64,000 nucleotides of DNA from positions 20,730 to 84,729 of the IMG/VR virus record IMGVR_UViG_3300011616_000001; one strand, written 5' to 3'. Positions within the stretch are counted from its first letter, which is position 1. Each line of letters opens with the position of its first letter. A model generated the notes under the pieces. It saw only the letters and a program-made list of their open reading frames with translations. It was not told the origin of the DNA and did not search any database. The position numbers were made by a program, and so were the translations under genes. Shown piece after piece: positions 38,613 to 48,224 of this stretch. The DNA is from a virus. Lineage: Duplodnaviria > Caudoviricetes.

Positions 38613-40424
38613 CTATTCGATTATCCTGATGTTATTGCCCACCCCACTTGCAAGTCGCTTCATGGATGTAAAAAATCGGCTTCGTATATATTGACTTATT
38701 TCATTAAAGGTTGAGAGTTCTGAAAAATTTAGATATACCAAATCATAAGACTCTCCGGAGAAGATGAGCTCAAAAACACCAAATCTTGATGTCTTTTGTA
38801 ATGTCCACAACCCATTAGCACAGTTGTTTATTTGCTCTTGCATTTTTATGATGAAATTTTGATATTTTTGATATAAGTTAATTAATCGAGAAAAATACTC
38901 ATACAGTTGAGTGCCAATTAGATTAAAATCATTTTTGGTGTAATTAAAACACCCAACCTCATGATTTTCAAAGAGTAACCAAACACTCCTAAAGTCCGAA
39001 GATACTTTCAGATCCAAATACTCGTCAATACACAGGCCCCTTATTTGTTTCAAAGCTTCTTGATAGGCAGAATTATTCTTCAGCGCATGCTTAATCAGTA
39101 GGGCATCCCTTTTTCTGAGAGCTGTTTTTTTATTCTCTTCGTACAATAGGTGGATCTGTTTGTCTGTTATCTGATCAGAATAGAGATATGATACACCTAT
39201 GCATTCTTTTATGTACTGATTATTAATATATTCATGAAATACAATTTTAAAATATAAGTCGGACAATGGCTTTTTTTCCGAAGAGCGGTGACTAATGGGG
39301 GTCAGGGACATTACGTATTCTTTTTCACATAGAGAATCCAATTCATAAAATTTATCTTGACTTCGTTGATAAGACTCAATCAATTCCTTTAATCCATCTT
39401 CGATCATGCTTTTAGATGTGAGGTTGAGAATCCCCGTAGGACACTTTAATCTTACATCCTGTTCGTCAAAACAGGTGAAGTCCTTATATTTTATTTTGTA
39501 TCTACAGTGAACAATGTGGATTTGGGGAGAAATATGACTATATGTAATTTCCAACGTAGGGATATCTCTTTTGTATTCCGTTGTCAGATTATTAAGCATC
39601 TCATAAAAGGATTTATTTAGTTCTTCTTTTAGCTCAGGATATAAGTCTTGGCAACTCATTTTTTTAATGACATATTGAGCAACCCATAGTTGGTCATCAT
39701 AAACTAATTTTTTATAATGCAGAAGAACATGTTCTTTGCTGATTTCCCCTAGCTTATATGAGCATAGGATCTCCCAAAATAGGTCAAGACTTCTCCAACG
39801 TTGCTTATAGTTGGCTTTGTCTTGCTCTTTCAAATATTCTTTTCTTTTAGAAACGTATGATTTTATATGACAGACTCCACCAGAATAAATTACCGAAAAG
39901 GTAGGAATCTTTTCTGTTACTTTCTTGTTGATTACATCTCGGATATCTATCTCTACAACGTCCACACCCAGTTCATCCCATTTGGGGATGTATTTCACAT
40001 CCTTTTTGCTCTTATTCTTTATCTCAACAAAAAATATCTTACCTTCTTGAGTTTCAATGGTGATATCCGGACAGTAAAGTCCGAAGGTGGTAGTGTAAGA
40101 ATTTTCGACTTCAATGTTCTTGGTGGTATAACATGCGTCAGAAACACAAAATACAAAATCTGGTTCAAAAAGCCAGTTCTTGCAGATGAAGTGGACGTAT
40201 TCTTCTTCCCGACAGCCACCGTTATCATGGTAGAAGTGGGCTTGCATCTTATATTTCTTATTATTTGCAATAGCTCTGGGGAGCACCTTGCCTCGGCAGC
40301 ACGGACAATAATATGTAGTGTCTGGAGTCGCCTCGGTTATGTGAATATATTTAGCATCTTTATCTGGTGACTCTAAAGCCACAATCAGCTGTGGTAGATG
40401 TTCATTTTCGTTTCTGTTTATTAT
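38613..40424 (-). CDS. CoiA-like Zn-finger/PD-(D/E)XK nuclease-domain protein (apparent ATA start)
   Basis: YYCPCC...HFYH...HFICKNW...YCPDITI...FVEIK; GGAGG 8 nt upstream of in-frame ATA 40424. Confidence 0.7.
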   Translation of the reverse strand: MINRNENEHLPQLIVALESPDKDAKYIHITEATPDTTYYCPCCRGKVLPRAIANNKKYKMQAHFYHDNGGCREEEYVHFICKNWLFEPDFVFCVSDACYTTKNIEVENSYTTTFGLYCPDITIETQEGKIFFVEIKNKSKKDVKYIPKWDELGVDVVEIDIRDVINKKVTEKIPTFSVIYSGGVCHIKSYVSKRKEYLKEQDKANYKQRWRSLDLFWEILCSYKLGEISKEHVLLHYKKLVYDDQLWVAQYVIKKMSCQDLYPELKEELNKSFYEMLNNLTTEYKRDIPTLEITYSHISPQIHIVHCRYKIKYKDFTCFDEQDVRLKCPTGILNLTSKSMIEDGLKELIESYQRSQDKFYELDSLCEKEYVMSLTPISHRSSEKKPLSDLYFKIVFHEYINNQYIKECIGVSYLYSDQITDKQIHLLYEENKKTALRKRDALLIKHALKNNSAYQEALKQIRGLCIDEYLDLKVSSDFRSVWLLFENHEVGCFNYTKNDFNLIGTQLYEYFSRLINLYQKYQNFIIKMQEQINNCANGLWTLQKTSRFGVFELIFSGESYDLVYLNFSELSTFNEISQYIRSRFFTSMKRLASGVGNNIRIIE

Positions 40425-40441
40425 GGTATTATCCTCCCGTC

Positions 40442-40885
40442 TTAAATTCCGTTACTTTCCCAGAAAGCCTCTTCTGATGAATATCCTCCACCATGTACAA
40501 CCGTTTCAAGGAATACTTGATGATCCTTGGAGGCTTCAGATTGTTCATGTTCTTCTTCGAAAAACGAGTTACCCCGGTCGAAGCATCTGAACATGTGCTC
40601 ATACCGCTCAATGTATTTGTCAAGACCACCATTTTCGTATATATGTGTAACCCGCCGAGCAATGGTATTTTTGATTTGTTTTGGATCAGATGTAATTTCC
40701 ACCATTTGAATCTCATCTATGATATGGATCGACTTCTCGTTGATAAAGAAAGTTACGACGTAATTATTTGGAGCATTAAATCGATCTGGCTGATGATACG
40801 CAGCTGTTACGATGTATCCGTTGGGTAGAGGGATTGATATTTGGTTGCAGAAGTTGCCATAGTGTAAAGTTTCGATTTTTGTCAT
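40442..40885 (-). CDS. Hypothetical protein
   Basis: RBS AAAGGA, ATG. Confidence 0.65.
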   Translation of the reverse strand: MTKIETLHYGNFCNQISIPLPNGYIVTAAYHQPDRFNAPNNYVVTFFINEKSIHIIDEIQMVEITSDPKQIKNTIARRVTHIYENGGLDKYIERYEHMFRCFDRGNSFFEEEHEQSEASKDHQVFLETVVHGGGYSSEEAFWESNGI

Positions 40886-41050
40886 ATTAGTGTTCCTTTC
40901 TGTTTTGAGGTTAATTTGTTAAACTGTAAATAGTGTTATGAAAAGTGGGGCGAATTTCGACTCTATATTCTGGGCGGTAAAATCCTCAATGAATATCATT
41001 GGATAGTAATTTAGGGTGATTTTCATTAATCTATTATTGTAAATCGAGGG

Positions 41051-41362
41051 TTAAACTTTCTTCTTTCTTCCAGCAGCAAAAGCGGCTAAGACTTTTTGTT
41101 TATGCTCCTCGCTCATCTGTCTTTTGGGCTTATTGGGATCAATCAATGAACCAGGATTGTTCTTGATCCACTTTTTAGGAATCTTGGCACAAACAGATCC
41201 GTCCAAATTCACACGGAAGTATTTGAACTCATCCTTGCGCTGCTCGTAGAGCTTCTTAATTCTGGCGATCCATTTTCTTTCGGTATATGTAACTACGGCA
41301 TAATGTTCTCCGGATAACCATTCGATGCAGTTCTCATTGTTCTTATCAAAATTCTTTTCCAT
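41051..41362 (-). CDS. Conserved phage hypothetical protein
   Basis: ENCIEWL...NLDGSVCAKIP...W; RBS AAGGAG. Confidence 0.65.
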   Translation of the reverse strand: MEKNFDKNNENCIEWLSGEHYAVVTYTERKWIARIKKLYEQRKDEFKYFRVNLDGSVCAKIPKKWIKNNPGSLIDPNKPKRQMSEEHKQKVLAAFAAGRKKKV

Positions 41363-41374
41363 ATATTCTCCTTT

Positions 41375-41656
41375 TTATTGGTTAGGTGTAGTGCTATTTT
41401 GCAGTGTAAACGTTTTTCTAACGCTAGCAGTTGCGGTTGTTCCATATCTGGGGGTATACCGGAGCAGACAGTAGAGTATTTGTTCGTCAGTTGGGTAAGC
41501 AAAATATGGTTCCTTTCCTAGCAGTTCATTATCTTCATTTGCCACGACAACGGTGAAAGTTGCCTTCAGGCCATGGTTGTCGTCAATCGCTGTGTAAGAA
41601 TCGTCAATGTTATCGTAACCCTCGATGATTTCTCCGTATTTGTTCATATATTTCAT
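41375..41656 (-). CDS. Hypothetical protein
   Basis: RBS AAGGAG, ATG. Confidence 0.6.
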   Translation of the reverse strand: MKYMNKYGEIIEGYDNIDDSYTAIDDNHGLKATFTVVVANEDNELLGKEPYFAYPTDEQILYCLLRYTPRYGTTATASVRKTFTLQNSTTPNQ

Positions 41657-41668
41657 GATAGTTCTCCT

Positions 41669-42223
41669 TTAATTTGATTGGTTGTTGCTTAGTAGTTCAC
41701 AGGTCATTAGTTCAGGGATAGACTCTAAAGTGTTGTGTAGTATGTAGTAATTTTCGCGTTTCAAGAATGACTCAATAAGGCCTCGGTACGTCGACACGAA
41801 ACTATTGACTTTTGAGTAATTCAGTTGTCTGATGGGAACATTGGCGATCTTATCAACGGATGGAAATCCGGTATCCTGGAGCCATGCGGAGAATTCACCG
41901 GCAGCAGGTGTGTGACTATGATTTAATATGTAATTGGTGCACTGGTCTTTGTAATATGAGATGAAGTCGTCTAAGAGTGGTTTGGCTTCATGTCTTATTT
42001 TGGAATCCCTGATCCGGCAGTTGGTAGCACATTGTTTATCAAATTTATTGGTTATTGATATTCTTCTGATATATTCTCCATTAGAGGTGCTGCCATTAAA
42101 ATCATTAGCTGTGATTTCACCAGCGAAGGTTCTATGTAATTCGTTTCTGGTTGGCGGTGTTTTTGGTGAGGTGCGTGAGAGAGTGGCAGTGGTGTTTGAG
42201 TTATGATTTGGCTTCTGGTTCAA
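41669..42223 (-). CDS. Hypothetical protein
   Basis: RBS AGGAGG, TTG start. Confidence 0.6.
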   Translation of the reverse strand: MNQKPNHNSNTTATLSRTSPKTPPTRNELHRTFAGEITANDFNGSTSNGEYIRRISITNKFDKQCATNCRIRDSKIRHEAKPLLDDFISYYKDQCTNYILNHSHTPAAGEFSAWLQDTGFPSVDKIANVPIRQLNYSKVNSFVSTYRGLIESFLKRENYYILHNTLESIPELMTCELLSNNQSN

Positions 42224-42241
42224 TAGGTAAATCCTCCTGTT

Positions 42242-43096
42242 TTATGATTGATAAAATTTTTTAGCAGCATATCCATCGGATCGCAAAAAGGCAATTCCGT
42301 TTTCAAGTTCTTTCTTATAATCGTAAGACGAACCATCCAGAACGATCAGTTCATCGTTTGCTGTCTGTATTTTATAAGGGCAGACGAATATAACATCGTT
42401 GGTTCTCCACTCATTAGATACAGTTTTATAGTTGGGCAATCTATGAGAGATTAACAGGCCCAGATCTGCCAATATATCAACTGCTTTGGAGATCATTCTG
42501 GGGGCAACCCCGATAAATGTCCCCATGAGAGTATATTGTGAATAAAATATTTCGGGCTTCTCCTTCATTGATGTTGGTGAGTGCCCAGAGATATCTGATT
42601 GTCTAATCCATGTGTAGGCTCGTATGTAGGATAGGACTAATAGTACAATGCTCTTGGTTAATGGCCGGTAAGAGATGTGGCAATCCATTATTCTTTGAAT
42701 CTCAAAATCATATAGGATACCAAAATTTCCATCAGGTCGAAACATCTCAGTATTCAATCGGGAAATCTCATGGTTATCTCGTTGGAACCTCTTCTCGTTG
42801 AAGTCTAATATGTATCCACTCTCATGAAACCAGCCCATACATTGAGCAATGGCTGTGAATGTATTGGGTTTTCCTTTGTTCTTATGTTTATCCCAAGTAG
42901 CAGAATATCCGCACCATCGTAATATCTGGATAGGAGAGTGATGCACTGTACCGTCCCTGGTTTCATTCATATAGAGATACAGGTAAACAGATAATCTCTT
43001 ATCTGAAATTTCGTTTGCGCTCACTACCTCTTTGGGAATCTTGATAAAGTAGCGTGGGCTGATAGTATCAATGTTACTTATAATGCTGCTGATAAT
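42242..43096 (-). CDS. Winged-helix protein, possible replication initiator/regulator (apparent ATT/ATC start)
   Basis: Open upstream extension RYFIKIPKEV after SD AAGGAG; two helical LYLY/LSYIR modules; MISKAVDILADLGLL wHTH-like segment. Confidence 0.5.
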   Translation of the reverse strand: MISSIISNIDTISPRYFIKIPKEVVSANEISDKRLSVYLYLYMNETRDGTVHHSPIQILRWCGYSATWDKHKNKGKPNTFTAIAQCMGWFHESGYILDFNEKRFQRDNHEISRLNTEMFRPDGNFGILYDFEIQRIMDCHISYRPLTKSIVLLVLSYIRAYTWIRQSDISGHSPTSMKEKPEIFYSQYTLMGTFIGVAPRMISKAVDILADLGLLISHRLPNYKTVSNEWRTNDVIFVCPYKIQTANDELIVLDGSSYDYKKELENGIAFLRSDGYAAKKFYQS

Positions 43097-43156
43097 AAAC
43101 TCCTTTCCGCCTGTAAGATGATAATTGCGAGGCCTATTTTAAAATAGCTGAAATTA

Positions 43157-43210
43157 TATATCCACCTCCCACGGGTGGATATAATTCGAAATATTGGCAA
43201 AGTATCCACC
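43157..43210. repeat. TATCCACC palindrome plus third copy
   Basis: TATATCCACC 43157-43166 / GGTGGATATA 43174-43183; TATCCACC 43203-43210. Confidence 0.6.
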
Positions 43211-43323
43211 AAAAAACACCCTGTTTTTGACAGTCCTTTTAAGAAGTAGACTGTATTATTTAATATAAGACCACTATTCGCTGCTAAAGCAGCTCATTTC
43301 TGGTGACCTTCATATCTACTTTG

Positions 43324-44121
43324 TTAATCATCGAATATTGTTGATCTCCTGAGTGATTGATCATCATTGTAGAGATTATATTTTGCCAGTAATGAATCAA
43401 CCAGTGACTGAAATAGTTCCCTGACAGTTTTGGTGTGTTCAATTACATCCATCGTGTAACAGGTATCCAATCCATTCTTGAAACAATAATCTTCCTGCAG
43501 TTGGTTCAGGTCTAAATCCGGATATGTATTTTGAAGTTCCGTAAATAGGTGATGGAATAGTTCTTTCCGATCAATCTCAAAATAATCCATTAGTAATCGG
43601 TACTTTGGGAACATTTTGGATGTCCAGTAGGTAAATTTCTTCTTGGGGATCTGTTTCTGTTGTTGATCCATCTGGTGCCGGAGGGTGGATATATCTTGCT
43701 GCATATTGGCAGTTACATTGGTAAGATTAGTGATTGCATCGGCTAATGGCTGAAGATCCAGCTGTGTATTGGTAAATGATCCGTTTCTGTATTGAGATAC
43801 AATATCCCATACCCAATCCATAAACTGGTTGGCCTTTGGTTGACGACTCCAGCGACAGATCTCCATGATTCCTCTGTCTGAGTAAAGCCTTGTTTGATAA
43901 CTCTTTCCGTCAGTACTTACCAGTTTGGTAACTACTGAAAGATCATCCAATCTATCATGGTGCTTTTTATGTAGTTTGCTTAATGCAACATCCGGATCTG
44001 AATAATCCAAGGCTGATCCAATCTGTTCTCTGGTCAGAAGAATATCATCATTCATATTCCTGTAAAAATTACATGAGATATCTCCGAAGGTTTCTGTTGT
44101 GATTAATGTTAGGTTGTTGAT
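43324..44121 (-). CDS. Bro-N domain antirepressor-like protein (apparent ATC start)
   Basis: (I)NNLTLITTETFGDISCNFYRNMNDDILLTREQIG...IMEICRWSRQPKANQFMDW; AAGGAG 8 nt upstream of ATC 44121. Confidence 0.8.
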   Translation of the reverse strand: MNNLTLITTETFGDISCNFYRNMNDDILLTREQIGSALDYSDPDVALSKLHKKHHDRLDDLSVVTKLVSTDGKSYQTRLYSDRGIMEICRWSRQPKANQFMDWVWDIVSQYRNGSFTNTQLDLQPLADAITNLTNVTANMQQDISTLRHQMDQQQKQIPKKKFTYWTSKMFPKYRLLMDYFEIDRKELFHHLFTELQNTYPDLDLNQLQEDYCFKNGLDTCYTMDVIEHTKTVRELFQSLVDSLLAKYNLYNDDQSLRRSTIFDD

Positions 44122-44240
44122 GGTTAAATCTCCTTTCTGATGGTTGTGCTGTTTATTGATATGGTGATCCTGTTGGCGATGGAGTGTTGGTTATATGAAG
44201 TTGTCAATGTGCTGGGTAATCTCGCTCATCTATGACAATA

Positions 44241-45493
44241 CACATTTCAAAGCAATTGATTAAAAAAATTGGAATTGATGGTTTACAATTACCGCTGTTT
44301 GTCTACCTATTCGCCAAAATAGGTATTATTAAATATGGTTGTATACTGATGATGTTTAACTCATAGTGGTATCTTACCAGATTTATTTTGCTTTGTCAAT
44401 ACACAATTCAAAGTAATTTTGAAAGTTTAACATGGATGTAAAATGGTCTCTTATTATTACTTCGATAAGAGGAGCAGAGAGCTTCGGTGAGATCATGTTG
44501 TTCATGGTAATATTATTTAATTTACAGGATTAATTGAGATATGTTGATTGGCCTGGACATAAGGAAAATGGATACCAGAGATACCATATTGATAAAATTG
44601 AGTGAAATTCGATAAAATGTTTAGTTCTGCGGATAATGTTAATTTTGGGTTGCATTTAATAGGTAGAAAGGTCTGAAATGAGGGGGATTTAGTTGCTTGA
44701 AAAGTAAGAAATGTTTAGTTTAAAGGATTTTCTCCGAAGACGTTGCCGAAGATTCGAAGTCGAAATTGGGGGATAATCTGTGAGTGGATCAGATGCCGCT
44801 TTAGCGTGGTGAAGTGGCTTGTTTAAACATGTAAACTACCCCCCTACCTATGAAAAATGGCTTAAACTACAAATAAAGTCGCGAAACTACTGTTTAACGA
44901 CTTTTTTTACTGGTCAACCTGATTGCTTACGGCCAGGTAGATATTAATGTTGTTATACGTAGTAATCAAAACTACATGATGCGGTTATCGAGTTCGATAT
45001 GTGCCGATTTAAGGTGGATCATTCTAATTCCTACACATGTAATACTTAACCACCCTTCATTTTTTCCCTTATAATGAACATATCCATCCGCCAAAACTTG
45101 TTTTGAAATGTGCATTGACAAATGAATTTCCCCATGGTAATATGTACTCAGGCAGCAAACGAGTGTTCTTTTCTCTGACAGTTGTCTACCAACATAACTA
45201 CCCATCATATACATACACACATTGGTAGGGTAGTAAGCACTACATAAGCACCACACGCATTACATATTCACCGCATGTATCACCGTGACAGCATACAAAC
45301 CATAATAGTAGCACTATACAGTTATCCGGTACACTTGATTGTGTTTGACCGTTGACTGTCCAACCAGTTACCATTACAGGCTTGTGTACTCTGTCTGATC
45401 TGCGATACATAGCAACCATACTGCATTACCTGTACATTACAACCTCATACACGCGCACATTCTTTATTTTTTACTCAATTGCTTTGAAATGTG
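44241..45493. repeat. 19-bp perfect inverted repeat bracketing a non-coding, strand-asymmetric region
   Basis: CACATTTCAAAGCAATTGA at 44241-44259, reverse complement at 45475-45493; degenerate copy 44402-44418. Confidence 0.7.
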
Positions 45494-45670
45494 CCACTAC
45501 AAGCCGTTTTAACCTCTTACCCTATCAATTCCACCCTGACAGGCTTACAAGCCGTATATGGGGCGAATAACATCATTGTAGGACGTAATAACAGGATAAC
45601 CGGACGGCGATCAGCACAGGACAACAAAATAAGGCAACCACATATACGTAGTTACCTGACAACTTGGTTC

Positions 45671-45964
45671 TTATTTATCAGCACTGGCTCGTATAAAGTT
45701 ATTCAGTATCTTAATTTCAGCCGTTGTGTTGATTGCACTACACAGTGCCTTTAAATCCGATACGGTAAGTTCATTCTTCTTAAAGATATTCTGTAATTGT
45801 TGTGGACTTATACCCATCTGTTTGGCAATGTGTGTATTGGTTATTCCATTACCTTTTAGGTACAGTCTATACTCTTTAATAAACTGGTCGGTATCTATAT
45901 ATTGTGGTATATCTGGCAATGGTAATGGCGATCGTGATCGTGATACATTTTGCATAGTTCGCAT
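45671..45964 (-). CDS. XRE-family HTH regulator
   Basis: GITNTHIAKQMGISPQQLQNIFKK...VSDLKALCSAI. Confidence 0.8.
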   Translation of the reverse strand: MRTMQNVSRSRSPLPLPDIPQYIDTDQFIKEYRLYLKGNGITNTHIAKQMGISPQQLQNIFKKNELTVSDLKALCSAINTTAEIKILNNFIRASADK

Positions 45965-46110
45965 GGTATACCTCCTTAATAATAAAATAGTATATCATTG
46001 TAGCATTTTTGTCTATAAATATCATTATACATATTTACTAAGATAAAGCAAACGAATATTGAAATACATTATGAAAATGTACTAAAATAATAAAAATATA
46101 AATAAAACTA

Positions 46111-46139
46111 TTTACAAATGTAGTGAAATGGTTTATCAT
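46111..46139 (+). promoter_or_regulatory. Sigma-A promoter
   Basis: TTTACA-17-TATCAT. Confidence 0.6.
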
Positions 46140-46195
46140 GTATTTATCAGCAACACACAACCAAATAAACCACTACATACAAGGGGGTACATATT

Positions 46196-46507
46196 ATGAC
46201 AAACATAAACAAAGCAATTGCAATTGACATACTCAATAACCTATCTGAAAGCAAAAGAACCCAGTTGAATAAAGCATTAGACATTAACCTTCACCTTACT
46301 TCGACCCGAACATTAGAGTTTGCTGCAATTCGAATTTATAAGGAAGGTTTTTATCTTAAGTTGAAAGGTGCAAGAAGCTGTTTAAACATTTGGGTTTTTG
46401 ACAATGACGGCACTTTGGTGGAAGGTAGGAAACCTAAAGAATCAAAACTAAATTTTTTATACGAAGAAATGTTGAGATTTTGCGAATCCGATTTTGATAT
46501 GATTTAA
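46196..46507 (+). CDS. Hypothetical protein
   Basis: RBS AGGGGG, ATG. Confidence 0.6.
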   Translation: MTNINKAIAIDILNNLSESKRTQLNKALDINLHLTSTRTLEFAAIRIYKEGFYLKLKGARSCLNIWVFDNDGTLVEGRKPKESKLNFLYEEMLRFCESDFDMI

Positions 46508-46530
46508 TAATCCATAAAGGAGACCACACA

Positions 46531-46656
46531 ATGACAATCCTAACCGCTTTACTAATCGCCACACTAACCACTACGCCGATTCAATCCATTCAATCAACCG
46601 ACACCGGCGCATTGATAACCTGTATAGACGGTTCTGGTTACTACATAGGTCAGTAA
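46531..46656 (+). CDS. 41-aa peptide with hydrophobic, signal-like N-terminus
   Basis: RBS AAGGAG; MTILTALLIATLTTTPIQSIQSTDTGALITCIDGSGYYIGQ. Confidence 0.55.
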   Translation: MTILTALLIATLTTTPIQSIQSTDTGALITCIDGSGYYIGQ

Positions 46657-46867
46657 CTACCATAGCAGTACAGCCTAAACGGTCAGCGTTCAAGTGGGGG
46701 CAGTTCCCACATAGGCATTTAATCATATGACACAAACGGCTAAGGCTCAGCAAACTCCGATAGTGTACACGATTAATATTCCAGTATACAAAGTACCTTG
46801 ACAATTTAATAGACTTTACACCCTTATCTGTGCTATAATCTACATACGAAAAACAAGGGGTGATACC

Positions 46868-47191
46868 ATGGCATTAACACAAGATGATTTACAAGCGATT
46901 GCTCAGCTGATAAATACGAGCCTTGAGCCAATCAAAGAAGATATCAAAGATATCAAGGCTTCTCAGCGTGAGAATTCCAACATAATCCTTGCTGAACTTG
47001 ACAGGGTCGAACAACGGATTAATGATCGTTTCGAAAGGAAGATTGATTTTATTCATGATCAACTCAAATCCGACATTCGCTTGTTACGTGAGGAAATCCA
47101 CATTACGAAATACAGTAATGATACGGTCGCCTTACTGGTAAACAAAGTTGCTGATCTTGAAAAGCGTGTAACTGAGTTAGAAACCGCATAA
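46868..47191 (+). CDS. Coiled-coil protein flanked by 20-bp inverted repeats
   Basis: MALTQDDLQAIAQLI...LEKRVTELE heptads; RBS GGGGTG; TGnTATAAT upstream. Confidence 0.7.
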   Translation: MALTQDDLQAIAQLINTSLEPIKEDIKDIKASQRENSNIILAELDRVEQRINDRFERKIDFIHDQLKSDIRLLREEIHITKYSNDTVALLVNKVADLEKRVTELETA

Positions 47192-47206
47192 CTACATACG
47201 AAACCA

Positions 47207-47253
47207 AAGGGTGTAAAGTCTATTAAGTTGTTAAGGGCTTTACACCCTTTTTA
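47207..47253 (+). terminator. Intrinsic terminator
   Basis: AAGGGTGTAAAG...CTTTACACCCTT followed by T-tract. Confidence 0.7.
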
Positions 47254-47531
47254 TATGTTTGATCTATGCAAGGCTGAGATAGCAAACTCATAGCAGACAT
47301 TCAAGGGTAACAACTGGCTTCACAGCACCAAAAAAAAGTGGCTGACCGCTACCAACGATCAACCACTTAGGGAATACCGGATGCTTCACACACCACGATA
47401 CGCCACTCAACCAATTTTCATTTTACGGCATATCAAAGATTTTATCAAGTGTGAACATTCGTTCTAAATTCCCAATGTGCAATATCCGTACCTTGAAAAG
47501 TTCATAAAAGTGTATTAGATAATTTTTATTA

Positions 47532-47804
47532 TTAAACCATTGACATTTCAATGCTACTTAGCGATTGATCAACCTCATCTAATTTGTCACAAACATCGCT
47601 TATGCTATTGAAAACGCCTGCCCCTTTTATATCATCCAGTTTGTCATTAATGGAATCTAGTTTTTCATAAACGTCACTTATACTATTGAATAGTTCATCG
47701 CCTTGAATACTTTGCAATAATTGAACCGTTGCAAGCTGGCCTTGTAAAAGAGTGCTTAATGTTTCGTTAATACTTTCTAATAATGTAACAACTTGTTCAT
47801 CCAT
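47532..47804 (-). CDS. Hypothetical protein with internal FNSISDV repeat
   Basis: RBS AGGAAGG; FNSISDVYEKL / FNSISDVCDKL. Confidence 0.6.
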   Translation of the reverse strand: MDEQVVTLLESINETLSTLLQGQLATVQLLQSIQGDELFNSISDVYEKLDSINDKLDDIKGAGVFNSISDVCDKLDEVDQSLSSIEMSMV

Positions 47805-47954
47805 ATGTATTTCCTTCCTGATCTAAGATAAGGTAAGTATATTACATGATGGAAATAAAATCCAGTTAAAATGTCATAAAATGGCGTGAATAGCGTTATT
47901 TATGACATTATGGTATAATGGGTACAATCTCATTATAAAAAGGTAGGTGTAAGC

Positions 47955-48161
47955 ATGATAAATACAAATCGGGAACTTGCCCAGGCGGTTCAGGAGGCAA
48001 TAAAAGAATCTGGAATCAAAAAGACGGTTCTTGCTGAAAAAGTAGGATTAACAAGGCAAGGGCTTGACAAACTGCTACAAAAACAGTCTTTTTCCATTGA
48101 CGATGCAAACAAAATATTAAATGTTATCCATAAAAGTGTTTCAGCTCAAATGGATGAATAA
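47955..48161 (+). CDS. Small XRE-family HTH regulator
   Basis: SGIKKTVLAEKVGLTRQGLDKLL. Confidence 0.8.
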   Translation: MINTNRELAQAVQEAIKESGIKKTVLAEKVGLTRQGLDKLLQKQSFSIDDANKILNVIHKSVSAQMDE

Positions 48162-48190
48162 AATAAGTTTACAAAAACGAATAAAAATAG

Positions 48191-48219
48191 TTGACATTTG
48201 AATCGACATATGATATACT
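48191..48219 (+). promoter_or_regulatory. Strong sigma-A promoter (early rightward transcript)
   Basis: TTGACA-17-TATACT with extended TG. Confidence 0.85.
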
Positions 48220-48224
48220 TAAGT

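Noticed and set aside
44820-44829. TGTTTAAACA palindrome as a protelomerase (hairpin telomere) site
   Set aside because: Only 10 bp, and no protelomerase-like gene in the window.
44972-45754. ORFs 44972..45256, 45352..45570 and 45491..45754
   Set aside because: No SDs, atypical composition; region reads as non-coding.
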